From: Chlorobiota bacterium
GTDB lineage: Bacteria > Bacteroidota > Ignavibacteria > Kapaibacteriales > UBA2268
DNA length: 64,000 bases
NCBI GenBank assembly: GCA_034670025.1
Contig: JAXMOE010000001.1
Location: forward strand, 619,099-683,098
Reading direction: 5' to 3'
Shown here: one piece after another, positions 9,987 to 19,423 of the stretch
How positions within the stretch are numbered: the stretch's first letter is position 1
Layout: every line of letters begins with the position of its first letter
The notes under the pieces: model-generated
The model's database searches: none
The model's input: the letters and a program-made list of their open reading frames with translations, nothing else
Told to the model about the DNA's origin: nothing
Made by a program: the position numbers and the translations under genes

Positions 9987-10088
9987 AATATTATAACATT
10001 TCTCAGTTATTTATTACATTTGTAAAATATTGCAAAAAAACATATATTAGCATCAGAAGTAATTATTTTTAACATATAGTTTAATTAA

Positions 10089-12182
10089 ATGAGGCTTAAA
10101 ATGAATAAACTATTGAATATTATACTTGTACTAGTAGTTGTGGGGGTTGTCAGTGCTAGTGAAGTAAGCACAACGAATAATGTTTTATTTGACTTACCAC
10201 TTCAACAGAACAATCATTATATTGATTTAGATAACTATGTCAAAAATAGCAGCACTCAGCAATTTGCTGGCGATTCACTGTTTAGAATGACAAATGTTAA
10301 TTTAACTCACTTTAGATCGGCTACAACTCCAATAAGTTATGATCCAGCATCCAATCTATTATCTATTGCAATGATAGACTTTATTTTTGATGATAGCGGT
10401 GTCTTTCAAGAAACAGAATTATTTACATTAAATTCTAACGATGGAGGAGGGACTTGGGATAGAAGTACTGTATTTAGAGATCCGAACAAAGAAATTGCTC
10501 CTATGATTCCATCTATTGCACTGACTAATGCTTCTAAAACTGAAAATATAGAAGATGTTTTGTCAGTATTTTATGCTCCTATTGTATATAGAAACAATGG
10601 CGCAGGAATGACTAATACTGGTGCTGGTGGTGGATCATTTGTTTTCTATTCTCCTGATTTTGATGGTTATTATCAAATAGAATCTGATGGACCTGAATCT
10701 GGTGGAAATGATAATGACCCACAATATTGGAATGTTTTGGGATTATCTACGACATTGGAAAGTGACCACGTAATTGGTTATGGAACATTAGACCCAGAAA
10801 GTGAAGCTAGTCAATATGGTTACTATGGTTATTGGGGTTTCGATTTTGATGAACAACAAACAATTAGTAATAACCCAGAAGAATGGTGGACGAAACATTT
10901 CAGACAAGTTGAAAGTAAAACAACATCTTTTAACGCACCAATAAAAGTAGGTGAAGATAGCGAAGGAACTCTTTACTCAGTTGTAAACAATATATTTGCT
11001 ACAGACGAAGATACTAGAGTAGTAGCAATTTCGAAATCAACAGACAAAGGAGAAAATTGGTCGTCTTTTGAACAAATTCCAACAACAGCAATGACAGACT
11101 TTATAGCTGAATTTGGAGGCTACACAGATTTTAGTAGTCCAGCATCTACTGCATATCAAGGATCAAGTCAACTTTTTGTTAGAGGAATAAATGACATTTC
11201 TTATATAACTAGAGTTTATATTTTTAACCCAGATGACGAAGATTTAGAAGCAAGATATTTTATTGTAGATATTAGATATAACGATGGATCTTGGTCGGTA
11301 AATCCAATTGTTGAGTTAGAAACTTTTGGTCCACCAATGTTTACAGAAGATGAATCCACTAGTGGAGATAATGACCCAAATAATGAAAAATATGATTTAG
11401 AAATGCAAAATCCTGCTTCTTATGGTTTTGGCTTTGGTAATAGTGTTAGAATTACTAGAACAGCAGATGGAAGTAACATAGTACTCTATTGGATTGATGG
11501 GGTACCTGGTAAATTCCAAACATTTGAACCATTTAATGTTTATACTACTAGACGAAATCAATTAACTGGTGAAGACGAGAAAGTTTTTGAACCTATTGAT
11601 TCATTACAAGTTTTTGATATATTTTCAAAAGTTTATAATGTAGATTCAGATACTTGGGAAGAAACTAAGAATATAACAAGAGATGATGATGCGGAATATT
11701 TTTTCCATATCCCAGAATATATCAAATCAGTTGATAAAGCACATATATTAACTTATGATACTGACATAAATTTAGCATCAACTAGTTTACTATTTAATTT
11801 TCCGGATCCTATAAAAAGACTAATGTGGGCAATTCCACCATTTGAAAGACATGTGGAATATGATGCAAGAAAGCCTGAGGATGCAAAGACTTCTGTTCAA
11901 AACACTTTAGATTTTAATGTAGAGCTTAAAGATGCTTATCCTAACCCAGTGGTTAATAGTAGTTCTGTTGAAATAGGGTTTACTTTAGAAAAGAATGCAG
12001 TAGTATCTTTAGAATTATTTAATAGTGTTGGTAATAAAGTTTCAACTATTATTAATAATAAATATATGAAAGATAATGTATATAAAAATGTTAATATTAG
12101 TGATTTAGTATCAGGTACATATTACTACCAATTAACTGTTGATGGCATTACATTTACTAAAAAATTAGTAGTTATTAAGTAA
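10089..12182 (+). CDS. Secreted BNR/Asp-box repeat protein with T9SS C-terminal domain (paralog B of 7860-9932)
   Basis: Long collinear identical blocks with paralog A (PESGGNDNDPQ, SQYGYYGYWGFDF, NNPEEWWTKHFRQV, ADGSNIVLYWIDGVPG, LDFNVELK.AYPNP) and Asp-boxes SNDGGGTW and STDKGENW. Confidence 0.6.
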   Translation: MRLKMNKLLNIILVLVVVGVVSASEVSTTNNVLFDLPLQQNNHYIDLDNYVKNSSTQQFAGDSLFRMTNVNLTHFRSATTPISYDPASNLLSIAMIDFIFDDSGVFQETELFTLNSNDGGGTWDRSTVFRDPNKEIAPMIPSIALTNASKTENIEDVLSVFYAPIVYRNNGAGMTNTGAGGGSFVFYSPDFDGYYQIESDGPESGGNDNDPQYWNVLGLSTTLESDHVIGYGTLDPESEASQYGYYGYWGFDFDEQQTISNNPEEWWTKHFRQVESKTTSFNAPIKVGEDSEGTLYSVVNNIFATDEDTRVVAISKSTDKGENWSSFEQIPTTAMTDFIAEFGGYTDFSSPASTAYQGSSQLFVRGINDISYITRVYIFNPDDEDLEARYFIVDIRYNDGSWSVNPIVELETFGPPMFTEDESTSGDNDPNNEKYDLEMQNPASYGFGFGNSVRITRTADGSNIVLYWIDGVPGKFQTFEPFNVYTTRRNQLTGEDEKVFEPIDSLQVFDIFSKVYNVDSDTWEETKNITRDDDAEYFFHIPEYIKSVDKAHILTYDTDINLASTSLLFNFPDPIKRLMWAIPPFERHVEYDARKPEDAKTSVQNTLDFNVELKDAYPNPVVNSSSVEIGFTLEKNAVVSLELFNSVGNKVSTIINNKYMKDNVYKNVNISDLVSGTYYYQLTVDGITFTKKLVVIK

Positions 12183-12204
12183 ATCAACTACTAAGTAAAT
12201 AAAA

Positions 12205-12240
12205 TTAAAAAAGGGATATCAATTGATATCCCTTTTTTTA
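12205..12240 (+). terminator. Rho-independent terminator (AAAAAA-GGGATATC-AATT-GATATCCC-TTTTTTT)
   Basis: Perfect 8-bp palindromic stem with a T-run; same architecture as the terminator after paralog A. Confidence 0.7.
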
Positions 12241-12271
12241 TGTTATATTTATCTTTAGGAAATTATAGTTG

Positions 12272-13663
12272 CTAATTAAATAATCGCTCACATTCCTTCT
12301 CAAATATCTCTAACACCTCATCAACTACTGTTTCCGAAATATCAGCATTGGCAATAATGTAACGAATAGACATTATGTCCTCCAAATATACATAATTAAA
12401 TAAAGCATCACCATTTTTGTATATATTATCTCTTGATCGCAAATTAAGTTGATTTAATTGCTCTTCTGTCTTATTTCCAGGATTATATCTGAAATTTATA
12501 TTACAATATGTTGTGGGGGCTAATAGCTCCATATTTTTATTTTTATTTATCTTGTCAGTCATATATTGTGATAGCTCATACATTTTGTCTATTCTTTTCT
12601 CATACCCTTCAAACCCATAATACTTAAACGATAACCATAGTTTTAAAGAATCAACCCTTCTACCACATTGTATTGACTGTTTACCAAGGTCTAAATTATC
12701 GTGTTCATGGTCATGAAATAAATAATCAGATGTATTTTCATGTACTGATTTTAAAAGTTGATTATTATCTTTTAAAAGTATAACAGAGCAAATTAAAGGA
12801 ATTCCCATTAATTTATGAGCATCCCATGATATAGAATCTGAATTTCCTATTCCTTCCAATAAACTCTTATGCTTATTACTAAATGCTAATGCACCACCCC
12901 AAGCAGCATCAGTATGGAACCATAATTTATATTTATTTGCTATTTCTTGCATATCAGATAATGGGTCGAAAGCACCAACCTCAGTAGTACCTGCTGTACC
13001 ACATACATAAAATGGCCTTTTACCATTAGCAATAGCAGTTTTGATTTTATTTTCTAAATCTTCGGGTATAATTTTATGATTAGCATCTGCTTTTACTTTT
13101 ATTACATTATCCTCACCAAAGCCTAATACATTCGCAGCCTTTTCAAAAGAATAATGTGCGTGCTCTGATACAAAAAAGCATAATTCTGGTAATCTGCTTA
13201 GACCTTTGCTTTTAATTTCAGGAAACATTGTATTTCTAGCAACAAGCAATGATATTAAATTTGCATTACTACTACCAGTTAGAAATGTGCCATCACCATC
13301 TGCAAAGCCCATTTGCTTAGTCAAAACTTTTATCATATACTTTTCAATCAATGTTGCAGCAGGTGCTGTTTCATAGGTATATACGGATGTATTTCTAAGT
13401 GTGGTAATAAATTCCGCGATTAAACCTGGTGTATTCCTCCCAGCCCAGAGCTGGTTGCTAAATAGGGGGTGGGCAGTATCGACAGAACCTAGAAGATAAT
13501 TATCAATAGATTGATAAAAATCTTCCTCAGAACCGTTGTTTGGCAATTCAAGACCTAGTAAATTACTTAGGTCATCTGGGTCCTTATAATTTAGTACTTT
13601 GTTGTTTTTAAAATCTTTGTTTATCTCACTATCAATAATAGTAAACAGTTTGTCTAAATTCAT
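12272..13663 (-). CDS. Group II pyridoxal-phosphate-dependent amino-acid decarboxylase (Glu/Tyr/aromatic-L-amino-acid decarboxylase family)
   Basis: PLP-lysine motif SWDAHKLMG (S-x-D-x-HK) within a fold of about 460 aa. Confidence 0.8.
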   Translation of the reverse strand: MNLDKLFTIIDSEINKDFKNNKVLNYKDPDDLSNLLGLELPNNGSEEDFYQSIDNYLLGSVDTAHPLFSNQLWAGRNTPGLIAEFITTLRNTSVYTYETAPAATLIEKYMIKVLTKQMGFADGDGTFLTGSSNANLISLLVARNTMFPEIKSKGLSRLPELCFFVSEHAHYSFEKAANVLGFGEDNVIKVKADANHKIIPEDLENKIKTAIANGKRPFYVCGTAGTTEVGAFDPLSDMQEIANKYKLWFHTDAAWGGALAFSNKHKSLLEGIGNSDSISWDAHKLMGIPLICSVILLKDNNQLLKSVHENTSDYLFHDHEHDNLDLGKQSIQCGRRVDSLKLWLSFKYYGFEGYEKRIDKMYELSQYMTDKINKNKNMELLAPTTYCNINFRYNPGNKTEEQLNQLNLRSRDNIYKNGDALFNYVYLEDIMSIRYIIANADISETVVDEVLEIFEKECERLFN

Positions 13664-13688
13664 AAATCTGATTTTAATTTTATGTAAA

Positions 13689-13717
13689 AAAAAAGCTCCA
13701 CATTTACATGTGGAGCT
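13689..13717 (-). terminator. Terminator hairpin downstream of tRNA-Asp (AGCTCCACAT-TTAC-ATGTGGAGCT plus T-run on minus strand)
   Basis: 10-bp perfect inverted repeat 13693-13716 followed by a T-run on the minus-strand reading. Confidence 0.65.
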
Positions 13718-13720
13718 TGG

Positions 13721-13794
13721 CGGGACCGACGAGATTCGAACTCGCGACCTCCAGTGTGACAGACTGGCATTCTAACCAACTGAACTACGATCCC
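13721..13794 (-). tRNA. tRNA-Asp (anticodon GTC), with genomically encoded CCA at 13718-13720
   Basis: The reverse complement reads GGGATCG-TA-GTTCAGTTGGTTAGAAT-G-CCAGT-CTGTCAC-ACTGG-AGGTC-GCGAG-TTCGAAT-CTCGT-CGGTCCC-G-CCA. Confidence 0.85.
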
Positions 13795-13870
13795 TTTTTT
13801 TATAATTCCGTTGTAGAATTGAGTACAAACATAGCACTTAGATTTGAAAGTACAAAGGAAAAAAGCTAAT

Positions 13871-15841
13871 TTATTTCAAAAATATTATTTTTTCTCTCAG
13901 TACATTATTATCAGTTTTAACCAAGATAAAATAAGTACCTGAATTTAAGTTGTTAAGAGAAATATTTCTTTTAAAGTTACCTGGCCCAAAATCAGATATA
14001 GTTTTAAACATTTCTTTTCCAGAGATATCAAAAATAGAAATAGAGATATTTTCATAGTCAAACAACTTAAGAATTACATCTGTTTTGAAGTCATTGTATA
14101 TAATATTGTGTGCAATTAGTAAATCAGATTGAATAATTTCTAAAGAATCTGTAGATAATTCATCTTTTATTACTCCACATTGAATTAAATCTGATCCATT
14201 CGTTACTGTATAGTAATTGGTTTTGTCAGGGAAATAGAAATCTTTTAAAGCATCACTAATTGTTACCCTTATGTCAAGTTTGTTGTTTAGAAAGTAAATA
14301 TTTGGTAAATCAACTATATATTGTTCCTCTCTATTTGTTTTTCTTAATGGGAATTTTTTGATTGTGTTATCAGATAACATTATCTCAATAGTATAATTTA
14401 ATAAATCTTCATCAGGGAATATATAAAAATACAGTCTTGTGAACTCTTCAGAAACCACTATATTTGGATAAGTGATTACTTTACTGCTTGACTTAGCAGA
14501 TTCGAAAACGTTAGGTAAACCGTAGCCAAACCTGTTATCAGGATTGTTAAATCTATCAGCTGATTGATACATCCATGATTTTAGAGTAGAAGATTTTACT
14601 GTAGGATGTATAGACTTTAAAAGGGCGAAACTGCCTGCGATAAGTGGTGATGAAATAGAAGTGCCTGCAGTTGGAGCATAGGTACTATCATTAGCAGTTG
14701 AGACTGCAAATATTTGTGAACCCTGAGCTACAAGGTTTGGCTTCATAACACCTGAAGCGTTTGGACCGTTTGAACTAAAACCAACCAAATCAATACCATT
14801 TGGAGTCAGTGCACCCACTGACACAGAACTGTCTGCATCTGTTGGCGAACTTATTGTTTCTGCTCTATCACCATTATTTCCAGCTGCTATAACGCATATC
14901 ATACCTAATTCAGAAGCATCATTAACGGCTTTGGCAGCTATGGTTGTATTTCCATCTAAGTCTGAGAAGGGGATAGAAAAGGTATCCAAACTTCTATACC
15001 CTAATGAAGCATTAATTATATCAACACCGTTGTTTTCCATCCAAATAATTGCTTCAGCGAATAAGTCTAATTCGTAATAAGTCTCTGATTTCATATCCTC
15101 AGTTTTTGCTAAATAAACTTCAACATTCGGAGCAACACCTATATATCTACCATTATCATAAGCTGTCACAGTTGACATTACAACTGTACCGTGATTTATT
15201 TGACTTTGAACATCAACTTCTTGATTTGAAACAATAGTGTCGCGGTAAATAAAATCGTATGTCTTTACAACATTTGTATTTTTAATAGCATTGTGTCTTA
15301 ACCAATCAAAGCCAGTATCTAAGAATCCAAGTCTAACACCTTGACCAGTAATACCATATTGATGTAATTTATCTACATTAAGCATTTTTACATGATTTTG
15401 AGATAAATTATAATCGAATTTATCACAATTATTTAATTGAAGAGTATTTGTTTCCTCTCTATAATTCTTTATTACTTTCTGAACTTTAGAAACAAATGGG
15501 TAGTTAATTAATTTATAAGCATTTGTACTATCAGAATCAATAACTATATAATTATACCAAGTAAGCTGAGATATAATTTCGATACCCACATTTTCTAGTG
15601 AATCTAAATAATTTTGATAAATTGGTATATCTCTAAATGATAATATAGTATCTGATTCTAAATTAATCTTTCTTCTTTGGATTGCTTTTTTGTCTAAACT
15701 TACAAGTATATTATTATAGAGTTCGTTATTGTATTCTAGTACTTGGTTTCCTTTATCTGTAAGGAAAACTCTGTACTTTTCAGATTTTAATGGAGTAGTT
15801 AATATAATAATAATTAGAAGGCTTAAATAAAATATTTTCAT
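13871..15841 (-). CDS. S8 subtilisin-family serine protease with T9SS C-terminal sorting domain
   Basis: Catalytic triad motifs DTGFD, HGTVV and GTSISSP; signal peptide; C-terminal CTD (GTYFILVKTDNNVLREKIIFLK). Confidence 0.85.
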   Translation of the reverse strand: MKIFYLSLLIIIILTTPLKSEKYRVFLTDKGNQVLEYNNELYNNILVSLDKKAIQRRKINLESDTILSFRDIPIYQNYLDSLENVGIEIISQLTWYNYIVIDSDSTNAYKLINYPFVSKVQKVIKNYREETNTLQLNNCDKFDYNLSQNHVKMLNVDKLHQYGITGQGVRLGFLDTGFDWLRHNAIKNTNVVKTYDFIYRDTIVSNQEVDVQSQINHGTVVMSTVTAYDNGRYIGVAPNVEVYLAKTEDMKSETYYELDLFAEAIIWMENNGVDIINASLGYRSLDTFSIPFSDLDGNTTIAAKAVNDASELGMICVIAAGNNGDRAETISSPTDADSSVSVGALTPNGIDLVGFSSNGPNASGVMKPNLVAQGSQIFAVSTANDSTYAPTAGTSISSPLIAGSFALLKSIHPTVKSSTLKSWMYQSADRFNNPDNRFGYGLPNVFESAKSSSKVITYPNIVVSEEFTRLYFYIFPDEDLLNYTIEIMLSDNTIKKFPLRKTNREEQYIVDLPNIYFLNNKLDIRVTISDALKDFYFPDKTNYYTVTNGSDLIQCGVIKDELSTDSLEIIQSDLLIAHNIIYNDFKTDVILKLFDYENISISIFDISGKEMFKTISDFGPGNFKRNISLNNLNSGTYFILVKTDNNVLREKIIFLK

Positions 15842-15886
15842 TGGGAATGTGTTTTTATTTTAAAATACGAAATAAATTGGTGAAGT

Positions 15887-16609
15887 ATGAGTTTAGTAAT
15901 AATTACGGGTGCGGGTCGAAGAATAGGTAGGGGATTAGCTGTCAATTTTGCTAAGAAAGGTTGGGATGTGGCAATTAATTATAATATTTCTCAGAAAATG
16001 GCAGAAAGAACAAAAATGGATTGCGAGTCTCACGGTGTGAAAGCTAATATTTATCACGCAGATGTATCTGATAAAAATCAAGTTAGAGCAATGTTAGATA
16101 GAATAGTGAATGAAATGGGGGTTCCTAAAGTTTTAGTAAACAATGCTGGAATATTTCCAGAAAGGACAAAAATAGAAGATATTACAGAAAAGTTAATCGA
16201 CGAGACATTTGCAATCAATACTAAAGGAGAATTTTTTAGTTCTCAATACTTTTCGCAACTATGTGACCCTGGCAGTCGTATAGTTAACATAGCATCTTTG
16301 GGGGCTTACGAAGTTTGGAAGGGAAGATTACCTTACCATATATCTAAATCTGCACTTGCACACATGACTAAGGTGTTGTCAGTCGAATTAGCACCAAATA
16401 TATCAGTTAATTGTGTAAGCCCAGGTGCAATAAAAATTCCTGATGAACCAGCTGAAGATTCATCATTGATTTCAGTTGAAAAAATTCCGATGGAAAGATA
16501 TGGAAATGTTGATGACATTTTCGACGCAGTTTACTTTTTTTCAACTTCATCAAGTTATATAACAGGTCAAACACTATTAGTCGATGGTGGCTATCACAAC
16601 AAGAGATAA
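15887..16609 (+). CDS. Short-chain dehydrogenase/reductase, pteridine reductase/FolM-like
   Basis: N-terminal ITGAGRRIG dinucleotide motif characteristic of the PTR1/FolM subgroup, plus a YxxxK catalytic pair (YHISK). Confidence 0.6.
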   Translation: MSLVIITGAGRRIGRGLAVNFAKKGWDVAINYNISQKMAERTKMDCESHGVKANIYHADVSDKNQVRAMLDRIVNEMGVPKVLVNNAGIFPERTKIEDITEKLIDETFAINTKGEFFSSQYFSQLCDPGSRIVNIASLGAYEVWKGRLPYHISKSALAHMTKVLSVELAPNISVNCVSPGAIKIPDEPAEDSSLISVEKIPMERYGNVDDIFDAVYFFSTSSSYITGQTLLVDGGYHNKR

Positions 16610-16612
16610 TAA

Positions 16613-17431
16613 ATGGAAATAAATAAGAATATTTTAAAAGCATACGAAGATCCAGAATTTTTAAATAGTAGAGAGGCAAGAACTCTTAGAATACTATCAG
16701 AATACTTTCACCCACAAGCTGTATTAAAGAAGAACAGAATTTATAATACTGTTGTTTTTTTTGGTTCAGCGAGAAGTATATCCTCAGAAGATTATAATCA
16801 AAAATTAAGAGCTTTGGAAAATAAGCAGTCCGATGGGGAAGATATATCTGATGAACTAAAGAATTTGAAAAGGCTGAAATTCACATCAAAATATTATGAT
16901 GACACAGTAGAGTTGGCAAAGAGGGTGTCTAATTGGTCAAAGACTCTTTCAACAGAAAAAAAAGTATATGTCTGCACAGGTGGTGGCCCGGGTATGATGG
17001 AGGCAGCTAACAAAGGAGCTTATGAAGCAGAATTTCAAAACATTGGTTTTAATATAGAACTGCCTTTCGAACAGTATCCTAATCCCCACATAACACCAGA
17101 GCTAAATTTTGAGTTTCATTACTTCTTTATGAGAAAATTTTGGTTTGTTTATCATGCTAAAGCGATAGTTGTTATGCCTGGTGGCTTTGGAACATTAGAC
17201 GAACTGATGGAAATGCTGACATTAGAACAGACTAATGTAATAAGCAAAAAAATTCCAATTGTACTATTTGGTAGTGATTATTGGAACAGGTTGCTTGATT
17301 TTGATTTTTTAGTTGAAATAGGAATGATTAGTGAAGCTGATTTGGATTTATTCAAGATAATAGATGATATTGATGAAGCTTTTGAGTATTTGAAAAATGG
17401 AATTTCGAAATTGATAAGAGTACAACAATGA
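16613..17431 (+). CDS. LOG-family (TIGR00730) Rossmann-fold protein, putative nucleotide 5'-monophosphate nucleosidase
   Basis: PGGxGTxxE motif (VMPGGFGTLDELMEML) and GGGPGMM. Confidence 0.7.
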   Translation: MEINKNILKAYEDPEFLNSREARTLRILSEYFHPQAVLKKNRIYNTVVFFGSARSISSEDYNQKLRALENKQSDGEDISDELKNLKRLKFTSKYYDDTVELAKRVSNWSKTLSTEKKVYVCTGGGPGMMEAANKGAYEAEFQNIGFNIELPFEQYPNPHITPELNFEFHYFFMRKFWFVYHAKAIVVMPGGFGTLDELMEMLTLEQTNVISKKIPIVLFGSDYWNRLLDFDFLVEIGMISEADLDLFKIIDDIDEAFEYLKNGISKLIRVQQ

Positions 17432-19275
17432 GATATATAGTATTTACACTATTAGCACTTTTTATAACAAACAGTCTGTCAGCAATAGATTTGAAAATTA
17501 GTAATGATAAACCTAATACTAATTCTACAATAGAGCTGACATTGGTTGAAAATAATTCAAAGTTGGATGACTTGTACTTAGTTAGTTACAGATTCAAAGA
17601 CTCAATTAAGACTCCTATTGCTGAGTCAACACTATTTACTAATGAGAGCATCAGTTTTAGTATTCAGAATAATGATAATTTTATTCTATTCAAGCTAATG
17701 GATAAAGATGGAAGTATTTATAACAATAACGGTGAGTTTTGGCAGGTTAGTATATATCAGAATAATAGACCCAAATATGATTCGAAGTTGAATGAGGCAA
17801 TCACGTATTTAGGAGCTGGAAATGCTAACTATTCAAGGTCACCAAAGTTTAAAAAAATAAATAACGCATTAGTTGAAGAAATTGAAAATCACACGAATAA
17901 TGTTCGTGCTAAGATTGCTTATGAGACATTCAAATTAGACTTTAAACTCATAGAATACACTGAGTATAAAAATAGCATAGAGAAGATCTTGAATACTAAA
18001 ATTAGCATCAATGATGAACTAACTATAAGAAGCGTAATTACCGCACTGAACTCTATTGATGAGGCAGAGAAATCGGTAAACTTAGAAGAGCAGTTTATTG
18101 ACAACAACAAGGGGTCTGATTTATATAGAGAGAAAGTTCTTAATAGTATTTCTACAGCTGAAGATTATGATGATTTTGTTAAGCTCAGTATAGCATATCT
18201 TAATAAATATACCAATCTGAAAGAGAATGAGACCGTATATAAATCATTTGCTTATGCTCACACTCAGTCGAAAGAGTACTATGATAAATTGTATGATGAA
18301 ATTAAGAAAATAAACTACAAATCAGCAATTTTGTATAAGTACATAGCCCTGGGATTGTTAAATAATAGTGACTTGGGTACAGAGTTAGGGGATGTCAAAT
18401 ATCAGAATGATATTGAAATAAATCTGAAAAATGCTTTTTCTAAAGTTAATGATTTGGATTCAATAAAACCGAAAGACTTATCGAGTATAGAATTTGAGGA
18501 TTACAAAGACAAAATAAGATCAGATTTATTCTTAATTAGTTATAGATTAGATTTGCTTAAAAATGACAGCTCTAGTGCTTTCCAAAGTGTTTATGAAGCT
18601 ATAAATAAAACGCCTTTTCAAATGAATTCGAGATTGTATAATGAAGCTGTTAATCTGTCTGCTAAGAATGGTTCTAGCTCAAATACGAAAGAGATAATTA
18701 GACAAGCTTATCTAAATGATGTGATTGATTCGGATTTGGAAGAAAGTATATTGAAAATAATCAATTCAAATAATGATATTAGTATTGATTATGTTAATGA
18801 GATACTAAATGAGAAGCAAAAACAATTCGAAGAATCAATTAAGAAAAACCTTGTTAATGAAGATATTTCTGGTATTATTAAGTCATTAGACGGAAAGTAC
18901 AAAGACTTAAGTGAATTAGGTGATGGTTTTCACATTGTGTCTATTACATCAACTTGGTGCGATGTTTGTGAAGAGACTTTTCCTATGCTTAATAACTTGC
19001 ATAATAAATATGATGATGTAAGTATATTTGGAATTTCTGTTTGGGGTGATGACGATGAGGATAATCAACTAACAAAAATTATCAAAGAGAACAAAATAGA
19101 ATACGAGTACTTCCTCGATAAGACAGACATTATTCCTCGTAAGTTTGATTTATTTGGATTCCCTACTATCCTTATTATTGATGCTAACAATAAGCTGAGA
19201 TATACTGTAAGAGGGTTCAAATCTGAAGAATCATTAGAAAACACGATAGAAACTGTGCTTGATTTGATTCAATAA
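17428..19275 (+). CDS. Secreted protein with large unknown alpha-helical N-terminal domain fused to a C-terminal TlpA/ResA-like thioredoxin domain
   Basis: Signal peptide; C-terminal WCDVCEE (WCxxC) thioredoxin-fold motif in the last ~120 aa; ATGA start/stop overlap with the LOG gene. Confidence 0.55.
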   Translation: MRYIVFTLLALFITNSLSAIDLKISNDKPNTNSTIELTLVENNSKLDDLYLVSYRFKDSIKTPIAESTLFTNESISFSIQNNDNFILFKLMDKDGSIYNNNGEFWQVSIYQNNRPKYDSKLNEAITYLGAGNANYSRSPKFKKINNALVEEIENHTNNVRAKIAYETFKLDFKLIEYTEYKNSIEKILNTKISINDELTIRSVITALNSIDEAEKSVNLEEQFIDNNKGSDLYREKVLNSISTAEDYDDFVKLSIAYLNKYTNLKENETVYKSFAYAHTQSKEYYDKLYDEIKKINYKSAILYKYIALGLLNNSDLGTELGDVKYQNDIEINLKNAFSKVNDLDSIKPKDLSSIEFEDYKDKIRSDLFLISYRLDLLKNDSSSAFQSVYEAINKTPFQMNSRLYNEAVNLSAKNGSSSNTKEIIRQAYLNDVIDSDLEESILKIINSNNDISIDYVNEILNEKQKQFEESIKKNLVNEDISGIIKSLDGKYKDLSELGDGFHIVSITSTWCDVCEETFPMLNNLHNKYDDVSIFGISVWGDDDEDNQLTKIIKENKIEYEYFLDKTDIIPRKFDLFGFPTILIIDANNKLRYTVRGFKSEESLENTIETVLDLIQ

Positions 19276-19280
19276 AAAAA

Positions 19281-19316
19281 AGAGGTCATTACAAATAAAT
19301 GTAAAGACCTCTTTTT
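19281..19316. terminator. Bidirectional Rho-independent terminator (AAAAAAAA-GAGGTC..GACCTC-TTTTT)
   Basis: Inverted repeat AGAGGTC/GACCTCT flanked by an A-run and a T-run, lying between the plus-strand CDS end and the minus-strand tRNA 3' end. Confidence 0.6.
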
Positions 19317-19319
19317 AAG

Positions 19320-19393
19320 TACCGGAGGAGAGACTTGAACTCCCGACACCTGGATTATGATTCCAGTGCTCTAACCAGCTGAGCTACTCCGGC
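19320..19393 (-). tRNA. tRNA with CAT anticodon (elongator Met or lysidine-modified Ile2, not initiator-like)
   Basis: The reverse complement reads GCCGGAG-TA-GCTCAGCTGGTTAGAGC-A-CTGGA-ATCATAA-TCCAG-GTGTC-GGGAG-TTCAAGT-CTCTC-CTCCGGT-A. Position 1:72 is paired and the anticodon stem lacks the 3xGC run of initiators. Confidence 0.75.
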
Positions 19394-19423
19394 AAAAATT
19401 TCGAATGCAAAAATAAGAAAATT

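Noticed and set aside
7860-12182. Tandem paralog block as an IS/transposon or CRISPR-like repeat array
   Set aside because: There is no transposase or integrase, no terminal inverted repeats, and no short regularly spaced direct repeats. The duplication involves whole protein-coding transcription units with their own terminators.
16613-17431. LOG-family protein as a SLOG-type anti-phage effector
   Set aside because: The protein has the standard TIGR00730 LOG motifs. It sits in an operon with an SDR and an exported thioredoxin-fusion protein, and there are no nucleotidyltransferase, SMODS or effector partners nearby. This is a housekeeping-type context.
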